This document shows positions 19,955-27,950 of a DNA stretch of 64,000 nt, piece by piece. Below the pieces are notes generated by a model. That model did no database searches. It saw nothing but the letters and a program-made list of their open reading frames with translations, and was not told the origin of the DNA. Source of the stretch: an uncultured Gemmatimonadales bacterium. GTDB lineage: Bacteria; Gemmatimonadota; Gemmatimonadetes; Gemmatimonadales; GWC2-71-9. The stretch spans positions 64,001 through 128,000 of the forward strand of contig CAVSQW010000002.1 in NCBI GenBank assembly GCA_963730185.1, in the 5' to 3' direction. Positions within the stretch are counted from its first letter, which is position 1. The number at the start of each line of letters is the position of its first letter. Both the position numbers and the translations under genes were made by a program.

Positions 19955-22627
19955 ATGACGGGGTCCGGGTCGTCGGAGCGGGAGCTCGGTGTCCTGCGCT
20001 CCCTCGCGCGGCGGATCGATCCGTCGGACCCGGGCGCGCACAACAACCTCGGGGTGCTCTACTACGAGCGCGGGATGGTGCCCGAGGCGATCGCCGCGTT
20101 CGCCCGGGCGCTCGAGCTCGATCCGCACATGCGGGTGGCCCAGGACAACCTCGAGGCCGTCCAGCGCGAGACCGGCTTCTACGACCGCCGGATCCACGAG
20201 CTTCGAGAGCAGGTGCTCCGCCAGCCGTCCGACCGCCAGCTGAAGCTCGAGCTCGGCCGGGCCTATCTCGCCCTGGGGCAGTTCGACCGGGCGGCCGAGC
20301 AGTTCGAGGATCTGCTCAAGGGGCACCCCAACGACGGTACCGCCCTGGTGCAGCTTGGTCTGGTCGAGCACGCGCGGGGCCGCCAGGAGACCGCCACCGG
20401 CTGGTTCGAGCGGGCCTGCGAGGTGGATCCCAAGAGCACCGTCGCCCGGCTCTACCTCGGCCAGGCCCTCTACAACCGGGGCCTGGTGGACGCCGCCCTC
20501 GCGGTGCTGAGCGAGGCCGCCGCCCTCAATCCCGACCACGCCGACGTCCAGTACCTGCTCGGCTTCGTGTACGGCGACCTCGGGTATCACGACGCCGCCC
20601 GCGCCGCCACCCGCCGGGCCATCGGGCTCAATCCGTCGCTGGGGACCGCGCAGACCAACCTCCGGATCGGGGGCCGGCCGAACCCGTCGGCCCCCGACCC
20701 GCCTCGGGCCCCGGTTCGGGTCGACCAGTCGGGCGGCGAAGCCCATCTCCACCTGGCCGAAGCGTTTCGGCGGCGCGGGTATCTGGTCGAGGCTCTCCGG
20801 GAGTACCGGCTGGCGCACGAGAGCGGGGAAGACCCCCGGGCCGCGCTCGAGGGCATGGCCGAGATCTATCTCCTCAAGCGGGAGACCCGGAACGCCCTGG
20901 AGCTCTACGACCGGCTGCTGGCCGAGGCGCCCGACGCGGCCAAGCTCTGGACCGAGCGCGGGGTGGTCCTCCACCAGGCCGGCCGCCGGGACGAGGCCCG
21001 GGCGGCCTACGATCGGGCCCTCGAGGCCGACCCGGGTTACGCGCTGGCCTGGAACGACCTCGGCGTGCTCCGGGCCGGCGACTCCGACCCCGGCCCGGCC
21101 GCCGAGGCGTTCGAGGCCGCCTTGGGCCGGCGCCCCGACTTCGTGGCCGCCCGGCTCAACCTCGCCCTCCTCCACTTCCAGCGGCAGCGGCTCCAGCTCG
21201 CCCTGGAGGGCTACCGGGCGGTGCTGGCCGAGGAGGCCGAGCACCCGGTGGCCTGGAATGGGGTCGGCCTGGTCCTGATGGAGCTCAAGCGCTACGCCGA
21301 TGCCCGGAACGCCTTCGGGCGGGCGGTCGAGGCCGACCCCGACTCCGCCGCGGCCCACTACAACCTCGGGTTCGCCCTGAGCCAGCTCGGCGCCTTCGAC
21401 GACGCCCTCCGCGAGACCCGCCGCGCCCTGGAGCTCGATCCGTTCTACGTACCCCAGAAGTTCGCCCTCTCGATCGAGCTCCAGCTCACCGAGTCGCTCC
21501 TCCCGATCGCTCCCTCGCTGGTGGGCGACGTGGCCGCCGACGCCGCGGCCGAGGACTTCAGCTTCGACCCCGCCGCCCTCGACGAGCTATTCGTCGAGCT
21601 GGCGCCCGGCGAGTCGGCCGCGCCGGTGGCACCGGTCGATCCCTACTCCCTGGTCCGCGACCTGGTCGGGAAGGGGCTCCTGGAGTCGGCCACGGCGGAG
21701 GTGCACCGGGTGCTCCGGCGGGGGGGGCCGGCCGGTCCGGGGATCGCGCTGCTCGGGACGATCTTCGCCAAGCGGGGCCTTCACGGCGAAGCCCTGGAAC
21801 GGTTCCGCGAAGCCCGCCGTGAGTCGCCCGACGATGCCGGTATCCTCCTCGGCGAAGCGACCTCGCTCCTCGCCCTGGGCCGCTCCCGCGAGGCGGCCGA
21901 GACCGCCGACGAGCTGGTCCGGCGCCGCCCCGACGACGCCGAGGCCCTGGTGGTTCGGGCCCGGGCCCGGCTGGCCGAGGGCGATCTAGGCGGCGCCCAG
22001 GACGACGCGCTCGGCGCCCTCGCGGCGGCGCCGGGCCGGGCCGACCTGCTGGTGCTTCGGGGCGTGGTCGCCCGGCGCCTCAACGACCCCGAGGAGGCGC
22101 TCGATGCGTTCCGGGGGGCGGTCGACCTGGAGCCCGACCTGGTCCAGGCCTGGTACGAGATCGGGATGGTGGAGGAGGAGCGCCGTGATCCGGCCGCGGC
22201 CCGCGCGGCCTACGAACGCGCCCTCGCCATCCTGCCGACCTATCTCGAAGCGGGGTTGGCCCTGGCCGAACTGCATCGCCGGCAGGGGCGCACCGGGGAC
22301 GCGGTCCGGCTGCTGGTCGACCTCCTCCTGGTGGAGCCCTACGCCTTCGACGCGCTCCTCCTGCTGGGTCGCACGCTGGCCGACGAACGCCGCCACCAAG
22401 ATGCCGTGGTGGCCTTCAACCGGGTCCTCCAGTTCTTGCCCGAGCACACGGTCGCCCGCTTCTATCGGGGCGTGTCGCTCAACGCCCTCGGGCGGTTCGA
22501 CCTGGCTCTGGCCGATTGGGATGAGACGCTCCGGCTCGCCCCGACCGGTCCGCTCGCGGCGGCCGCCCGGGCCCAGGCCCGCTCCACCCGGGACCTCCTC
22601 CACATCCTGCAACCGGTGGAGGTGTAG
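19955..22627 (+). CDS. Large cytoplasmic TPR protein (890 aa)
   Basis: Recurrent AHNNLG/AWNDLG/AHYNLG/ALELDP TPR signatures along the whole length; no signal peptide. Confidence 0.9.
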   Translation: MTGSGSSERELGVLRSLARRIDPSDPGAHNNLGVLYYERGMVPEAIAAFARALELDPHMRVAQDNLEAVQRETGFYDRRIHELREQVLRQPSDRQLKLELGRAYLALGQFDRAAEQFEDLLKGHPNDGTALVQLGLVEHARGRQETATGWFERACEVDPKSTVARLYLGQALYNRGLVDAALAVLSEAAALNPDHADVQYLLGFVYGDLGYHDAARAATRRAIGLNPSLGTAQTNLRIGGRPNPSAPDPPRAPVRVDQSGGEAHLHLAEAFRRRGYLVEALREYRLAHESGEDPRAALEGMAEIYLLKRETRNALELYDRLLAEAPDAAKLWTERGVVLHQAGRRDEARAAYDRALEADPGYALAWNDLGVLRAGDSDPGPAAEAFEAALGRRPDFVAARLNLALLHFQRQRLQLALEGYRAVLAEEAEHPVAWNGVGLVLMELKRYADARNAFGRAVEADPDSAAAHYNLGFALSQLGAFDDALRETRRALELDPFYVPQKFALSIELQLTESLLPIAPSLVGDVAADAAAEDFSFDPAALDELFVELAPGESAAPVAPVDPYSLVRDLVGKGLLESATAEVHRVLRRGGPAGPGIALLGTIFAKRGLHGEALERFREARRESPDDAGILLGEATSLLALGRSREAAETADELVRRRPDDAEALVVRARARLAEGDLGGAQDDALGALAAAPGRADLLVLRGVVARRLNDPEEALDAFRGAVDLEPDLVQAWYEIGMVEEERRDPAAARAAYERALAILPTYLEAGLALAELHRRQGRTGDAVRLLVDLLLVEPYAFDALLLLGRTLADERRHQDAVVAFNRVLQFLPEHTVARFYRGVSLNALGRFDLALADWDETLRLAPTGPLAAAARAQARSTRDLLHILQPVEV

Positions 22628-23779
22628 GTGGCGATCCAGGGTCCGCTCCGCGAGCTCGGCATCCACGACGTCTTCCAGCTCCTCGATCTGGGCCGGAAGA
22701 CCGGGTTGCTCCGGATCGTGTCCGAACTCCGCCAGAACGAGGGCACGATCTGGTTCCACGAGGCCGCGGTGGTCGGCGCCACCATCCGCTCCAACCCGCA
22801 TCTGCTGGGGCAGCAGCTGCTTCGGGCGGGCAAGGTCCGGAACGAGGACCTGGCCCGGGCTGAGGCGCTCAAGGACGGCGGCGACGGCCGCCGGATCGGC
22901 GAGATGCTGGTGTCGTTCGGCGCGATCACCGCGCGGGAGCTCGCCACCCAGGTCCGGCTCCAGATCGAGGAGGTCGTGTTCACCCTGCTCGGGTGGTCGG
23001 AGGGCCACTTCATCTTCGAGGAGCGGAGCGCCGACGCCATCCCGCGCGAGGCCGACGTCCGGATCTCGGTCGAGTCGCTCCTGCTCGAGGCGGCCCGCCG
23101 GATCGACGAGTGGTCCCGGATCCGCACCCGGATCCCGCACCTCGGCGTGATTCCCCGGCTGGCGCCCTCCCAACAGGAGGAGGCCGGCTCGTTGGTGTTG
23201 ACGCCGTTCGAATGGCGGGTGCTGGCGGCGTCCGACGGCGTGCGCGACGTCCAGGCCCTCGCCGTCACCATGAGCGAGCCGGAGTTCGACGTGGCTCGGG
23301 CCATCTTCGGGCTGGCTTCCGCCGGGGTGGTGATCGTCCGCGACCCGGTGGAGGAGTCGGCGGCGGCGGCCCCGCGGGAGGACGCTGGGCCCCTGTTGGC
23401 GGAAGCCGAGCGGTTGGTGAAGGCCGGGAACTTCGAGGCGGCCCGGAGCATGGCGAGCGCCGCCTTCGACGCCTTCCCGAACGACCCCCGTCCGTATCTT
23501 TTGGTAGGACGAACGTTGATCGCTGAGCAGCGCTTCGACGAGGCGGAAGCGCCGCTTCGGGAGGCGGTCCGGCTCGATCCGGCGTCACCTCGGGCCCTGC
23601 GGCTGCTCTCCTGGTCGCTGCTTGGCACCGGTCGCCTCGGCGAAGCGGTGCACGGATTCGAGGCCTGGCTGGCGCTCCCGTCGCTCGGCCCCGAGGAGGA
23701 ACGGCGGGTCGCGTCGGTCGGCGCGGCCATTCCGGCGGCCCGGCAGTTGGCCGCGTTGCTCAGAGGCTCGCATGACTGA
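22628..23779 (+). CDS. DUF4388 (PatA-N) + degenerate MshEN + TPR protein
   Basis: MAIQGPLRELGIHDVFQLLDLGRKTG, WSEGHFIF, LLLEAARRIDEW; C-terminal TPRs. Confidence 0.85.
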   Translation: MAIQGPLRELGIHDVFQLLDLGRKTGLLRIVSELRQNEGTIWFHEAAVVGATIRSNPHLLGQQLLRAGKVRNEDLARAEALKDGGDGRRIGEMLVSFGAITARELATQVRLQIEEVVFTLLGWSEGHFIFEERSADAIPREADVRISVESLLLEAARRIDEWSRIRTRIPHLGVIPRLAPSQQEEAGSLVLTPFEWRVLAASDGVRDVQALAVTMSEPEFDVARAIFGLASAGVVIVRDPVEESAAAAPREDAGPLLAEAERLVKAGNFEAARSMASAAFDAFPNDPRPYLLVGRTLIAEQRFDEAEAPLREAVRLDPASPRALRLLSWSLLGTGRLGEAVHGFEAWLALPSLGPEEERRVASVGAAIPAARQLAALLRGSHD

Positions 23780-24563
23780 CGACATCGCGACGATGACCGT
23801 GCAGCTGGCGCAGGATCCGACCAGCCTGGTGTTTCTGCCGCTGGCCGAGGCGCTCCGCGGCCGGGGACAGCTGGACGCCGCCCTCACGGTCGCCCTCCGT
23901 GGCCTGAGCCGCTATCCCGAGGTGGCCGACGCCTACGACTTGGTCGCTCGGATCCAGTGCGATCGGGGCGACGGCGACGCCGCCTTCGATGCCTGGACCA
24001 ATGTGCTCCGCCTCGCGCCCGACCATCTGGGCGCGCACAAGGGGCTCGCCTTTCTCTTCTACCGCGGCGGCGAGGTCACCCGGAGTCTCCGCCACCTGAC
24101 CCGGGCGCTCGAGATCGCGCCCGGCGACGCCAGCCTCACCGCCGCGGTCGACCGGATTCGGATCCAGGCCGAGGCCGGCCTCGAGCGGCCCAGCGTGCCG
24201 GACCAGGCGGCGCCGCAGGCGGTCCGCCGGGGGGGCGACCAGGCCACCCTGCTGTTCGATCAGCAGGGGCGGGTGCTCCGGGGCGACGTGGTGCGGCCCG
24301 ACGGCAGCGACGCCAGCGAGGCCGTCGCCGCAGGCCTGGCCGGCGTGAGTCGGGAGGCCGAGCGCACCGCCCGGATGCTCGGCCTGGGCGAATGGCGGGC
24401 CATCGCGGTCGAGGGCGGGCCGGTCAACTACGAGATTCGGAGCCCGTCCGAGGAGACCCTCCTGCTCCTGATGCGGGGGCGCGAGGTGCCGGCCGGTCGG
24501 CTGTCGCGGATCGCCGATCGCGCCGTCGCTGACTCGGTGCGCTGGCTGGAGGAACTGGAATGA
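23772..24563 (+). CDS. TPR + roadblock/LC7-like fusion protein
   Basis: N-terminal TPRs (FLPLAEALR, AHKGLAFLFY); C-terminal LLFDQQGRVL...AAGLAGVSREAERTARMLGLGEW roadblock pattern. Confidence 0.7.
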   Translation: MTDDIATMTVQLAQDPTSLVFLPLAEALRGRGQLDAALTVALRGLSRYPEVADAYDLVARIQCDRGDGDAAFDAWTNVLRLAPDHLGAHKGLAFLFYRGGEVTRSLRHLTRALEIAPGDASLTAAVDRIRIQAEAGLERPSVPDQAAPQAVRRGGDQATLLFDQQGRVLRGDVVRPDGSDASEAVAAGLAGVSREAERTARMLGLGEWRAIAVEGGPVNYEIRSPSEETLLLLMRGREVPAGRLSRIADRAVADSVRWLEELE

Positions 24564-24910
24564 CCTTTCCCGAACAGGCGGTCCTCGATGAGGTCACCCG
24601 GCTGCCGGGAGTCCGGAGCGCGCTCCTGGTCGGGCTCGAGGACGGGATCGTGGTGGCCGAGACCGCGCTCGAGGGAGAGGACACCCGGGCGGCGGCGGCC
24701 CTGGCGGCCCGGCTGGCCCAGCGCCTGGCCGAGCTGCCTCGAACGGTCGGCCATCCCGCCCTCACCATGATCCTGCTTCAGGGCTCGGAGGGACAGCTCT
24801 TCGCTGCCCCGGGTGGCGACGGCTTGCTGCTGGTCGCGGTGGCGGACAACGACGTGAACATCGGCGAGGTGCGGCTCGCCCTGCTCGACGCCGCGGGGCG
24901 GCTCAGCTGA
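24560..24910 (+). CDS. Roadblock/LC7 protein (MglB/MglC-like)
   Basis: LPGVRSALLVGLEDGIVV, AAALAA, LVAVAD..VNIGEVRL. Confidence 0.85.
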   Translation: MTFPEQAVLDEVTRLPGVRSALLVGLEDGIVVAETALEGEDTRAAAALAARLAQRLAELPRTVGHPALTMILLQGSEGQLFAAPGGDGLLLVAVADNDVNIGEVRLALLDAAGRLS

Positions 24911-25371
24911 TGCGAGCCATCGAGCCCTGGGTCGAACGGCCGCTGGCGGGCTTCGTGGAGGAGTCCGGGGCGCGGATCGCGGTCCTGATGACCGGAGCGG
25001 GCCAGGTGGTGGCCCAACACGGCTTCACCCGGTCGCTCGACCTGATGTCGGCCGCGGCGCTCGGCGCCGGCATCGTGGCGTCGACCCGCGAGATGGCTCG
25101 CGAACTGGGTTCGGACGGGTTCGGAGCGATCGTTCACCAGGGCCAGCAGCTGGGCGTGTTTCTCGCCCCGTTCGATCTCCCCGCCGCGTCGTGGATCGGC
25201 CTGGTCGTGTTCGGGCCGGAGACCTCACTCGGGCTGGTGCAGCTCTTCTTCGATCAGATGGTGGACGGGCTGACCCGGGCGGCGCCGCGCGAGGCGCCCG
25301 CGCGCCAGGTCTTGCCCGAGGCCTTCGAAGACGAGCTGAACGCCAGCCTGCGCGCCCTCTTTGGACGGTGA
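24910..25371 (+). CDS. mglB: MglB-type roadblock GAP
   Basis: GQVVAQHG, AALGAGIVASTREMA, HQG, VVF..ETSLGLV; directly upstream of mglA. Confidence 0.8.
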   Translation: MRAIEPWVERPLAGFVEESGARIAVLMTGAGQVVAQHGFTRSLDLMSAAALGAGIVASTREMARELGSDGFGAIVHQGQQLGVFLAPFDLPAASWIGLVVFGPETSLGLVQLFFDQMVDGLTRAAPREAPARQVLPEAFEDELNASLRALFGR

Positions 25372-25374
25372 CCC

Positions 25375-25977
25375 ATGCCGCTCGTCAACTTCACCGCCCG
25401 CGAAATCACCTGCAAGCTGGTCTACTACGGACCGGGCCGCTGCGGCAAGACGACCAATCTCCAGTACATTCATGGCCGGGTGCCGGAGCACCGCCGGGGT
25501 CGGATGGTCTCGCTGGCCACCCAGTCCGATCGCACCCTCTTCTTCGACTTCCTGCCCCTCGAGCTGGGGGTGATCTCCGGGTTCACCACCCGATTCCAGC
25601 TCTACACCGTGCCGGGTCAGGTCTACTACAACGCCACCCGCCGGCTGGTGCTCCAGGGCGCCGACGGGGTGGTGTTCGTGGTCGACAGCCAGGCCCGCCG
25701 GTTCGACGACAACATCGAGAGCTTCCAGAACCTGCAGGAGAATTTCCTGGATCAGGGGGTCGACATCCGCCAGGTGCCGCTGGTGCTCCAGTACAACAAG
25801 CAGGACCTGCCCGCCGATCTCGTCCTCGGTCCCTCCGATCTCGACGAGACCTTCAACTTCCGCTCCGTTCCCAGCCTGCCGGCCGACGCCCTGCACGGCA
25901 CCGGCGTGTTCGAGACGCTCAAGGCGCTGTCCACGCTCGTCCTGCAACGGCTCGCCGCGCGGCCGCCGACGCTGTGA
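25375..25977 (+). CDS. mglA: MglA-family small Ras-like GTPase
   Basis: KLVYYGPGRCGKTTNL, DRTLFFDFLP, LYTVPGQVYY, QYNKQD. Confidence 0.95.
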   Translation: MPLVNFTAREITCKLVYYGPGRCGKTTNLQYIHGRVPEHRRGRMVSLATQSDRTLFFDFLPLELGVISGFTTRFQLYTVPGQVYYNATRRLVLQGADGVVFVVDSQARRFDDNIESFQNLQENFLDQGVDIRQVPLVLQYNKQDLPADLVLGPSDLDETFNFRSVPSLPADALHGTGVFETLKALSTLVLQRLAARPPTL

Positions 25978-27950
25978 CGGACCCGTTCGCTTTGTTCGTC
26001 ACCGATCCGGCCAATGCGGCGGCGGTGGCAGCGGCCCGGACGGTCGCCGATGCGAGCCGTACCCTCTACGGCCCCCTGGTGATGGTGGGAATCCGGGGCG
26101 CCGGGAAGTCGCATCTTCTCCGCGCCGTGCGTGACCGGGCCGCCGCCCAGTCGCCCCCCCGGCGGGCGGAGCTCATCTCGCTCCTTCGGCTCGCCGACGT
26201 GGTGCACGCCCGCGGCTTGGGCGAGGGGGGATCGGCGCTTCGCGACCGGCTGCTCGACGCCGACCTGCTGCTGATCGACGATTTCGAGGCGGTGACCCGC
26301 CATCTGCCGGTGCAGGCCTTCGTCTTCGACCTTCTCGAATCGCGGATCACCAAGGGCCGCGAGGTCGTGGTCGCGAGCGCCCTGCCGGTCGCCGGGCTGG
26401 CCGGTCTCGACGCCCGGCTTCGCCGCCGGCTCGAGGCAGGCACCGTCGTCACGCTCGGGCTTCCCGGCTCCGACGCCAGGCAGGTGATCCTGGACCGGCG
26501 GGTGGCCGAAAGCGGCGTTCGCCTTGCGCCGGCGGTGGTCGAGGCCCTGGCCCACCAGCCGTTCCGGTCGATCAAGGAATACCTGGGCGCGCTCCAGCGG
26601 GTCCTCGCCTTCCAGCAAACGACGCCCGAAGCGCTCTCGGCGGCCGACGCGCTGGCGTTGCTCGGCCTCGAGAGCACCAACGGGCGCCTCGGTCCGGCCG
26701 AGGCCGGACCAGCCCCCGCCGCTGCCGACGCACCCCAGGAGCCGCCCAGCCTCGAGGAAGCGGAGTTCGACGCCTTCCTCTCCGAGGTCGTGGCCAACGT
26801 TTCGCATCAGTTCGACCGGTGGCGGGGCCGGATTCGCGAAGCCATCGCCCACTGGCAGTCGCGGGGCCTCCGGGCCCGTCGGCTGGAGCGGGCCCTGACC
26901 GACGAGATGGGCGGCGACCCGGAGCCGGTGATCAGCGACTTCGGCCGCGACGCCACCGAGCTGGAGCGGCTGGTGGCCGAGGTTCGAGCCATCGCGCCCG
27001 ACCTGGCCGGCGCCGAGGTCCTCCGTGATCCCGATCAGCTCCCGGCCGCCCGCGAGCTGGTGGACGAGGCCCGGCGCCGGCGGGCCCCGCTGTCGGCCCC
27101 GTTGCCGGAGCTCACCCTCGACACCCTCGGCGTGGGCCCCTCCAACCGGCTGGCCGTCGAGGCGGCCCGCGCCCGGGTGGCCGACGCCGGCGGGCAGGAC
27201 AACCCCCTGGTCGTGGTCGGGGCCAGCGGGTTGGGCAAGACCCATCTGCTCCACGGGATCGGTAACGCGCTGATCGAGCGACAGGTCTCACCCATCGCTT
27301 GCCTGAGCGCCCACAGCTTCCTGGGCGAAGTCTCCGCCCTCCGGACCGCGGAGGAGACCGCCGCCTGGCGGACCCGCTATCAGTGGGTGGCCGGCCTCCT
27401 GGTCGACGATCTTCACGTGCTCGCCCACGAGGGCCGCGCCCAGGAGGAGCTGCTCCAGATCTTCGGGGCGCTCGCCGACGGCGGCCGCCCCCTGGTCTTC
27501 GCGTCGGCCCGCCGGCTGAGCGAGCTCGAGGGCTTCGATCCCCGGCTCCTGACCCGGCTCGAGGCGGGCCTGGTGGTGGAGATCCTCCCGCCCGATCGAG
27601 AGGTGCGCCTGACCGTCGTCAAGGCGCTGCTGGCCGGCACTCCCATGGCCGACGACGCCGCGCTGATCGACTACCTCGCCGGCCGCCCGGCCGACTCCAT
27701 CCGGGCGGTGCAGGGGGCGGTGCATCGAGTGCTCGGTGAAGCGCGGGGCCAGCGGGTCACGCCCTCGCCCGCGCTGGCCCGCGAGGTGCTCGAGGTGGTC
27801 TTGTCCAAGGGCACCCGGCCGGGCCGGCGGAGCGCGACCCCGCGAGGGAGCGGGATCCTCTCGCCCGGGATGGGGGTGGTCCGAAGCCGGGAGAAGATGA
27901 TTCAGCGCTGGCCGCACCCGGCCGAGCGGCTGATGGTGGAGCTGCGCTGA
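25974..27950 (+). CDS. Tandem DnaA/Hda-type AAA+ ATPase lacking DnaA domains I and IV
   Basis: Module 1: GIRGAGKSHLL, LLLIDD, LDARLRRRL. Module 2: NPL..GASGLGKTHLL, LLVDD, QEEL, DPRLLTRL, SIRAVQGA. GTG start overlaps the mglA stop. Confidence 0.85.
   Translation: MTDPFALFVTDPANAAAVAAARTVADASRTLYGPLVMVGIRGAGKSHLLRAVRDRAAAQSPPRRAELISLLRLADVVHARGLGEGGSALRDRLLDADLLLIDDFEAVTRHLPVQAFVFDLLESRITKGREVVVASALPVAGLAGLDARLRRRLEAGTVVTLGLPGSDARQVILDRRVAESGVRLAPAVVEALAHQPFRSIKEYLGALQRVLAFQQTTPEALSAADALALLGLESTNGRLGPAEAGPAPAAADAPQEPPSLEEAEFDAFLSEVVANVSHQFDRWRGRIREAIAHWQSRGLRARRLERALTDEMGGDPEPVISDFGRDATELERLVAEVRAIAPDLAGAEVLRDPDQLPAARELVDEARRRRAPLSAPLPELTLDTLGVGPSNRLAVEAARARVADAGGQDNPLVVVGASGLGKTHLLHGIGNALIERQVSPIACLSAHSFLGEVSALRTAEETAAWRTRYQWVAGLLVDDLHVLAHEGRAQEELLQIFGALADGGRPLVFASARRLSELEGFDPRLLTRLEAGLVVEILPPDREVRLTVVKALLAGTPMADDAALIDYLAGRPADSIRAVQGAVHRVLGEARGQRVTPSPALAREVLEVVLSKGTRPGRRSATPRGSGILSPGMGVVRSREKMIQRWPHPAERLMVELR

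Noticed and set aside
25191..25973. N-terminal extensions in the ORF track (also 28027, 32730, 37128, 43526, 54079) suggesting fusions
   Set aside because: They overlap upstream genes or a tRNA in another frame; real starts coincide with stop/start overlaps or an RBS
25974..27950. Calling this gene dnaA or the region oriC
   Set aside because: No domain IV HTH or domain I, no adjacent dnaN/recF/gyrB, no DnaA-box cluster or AT-rich unwinding element
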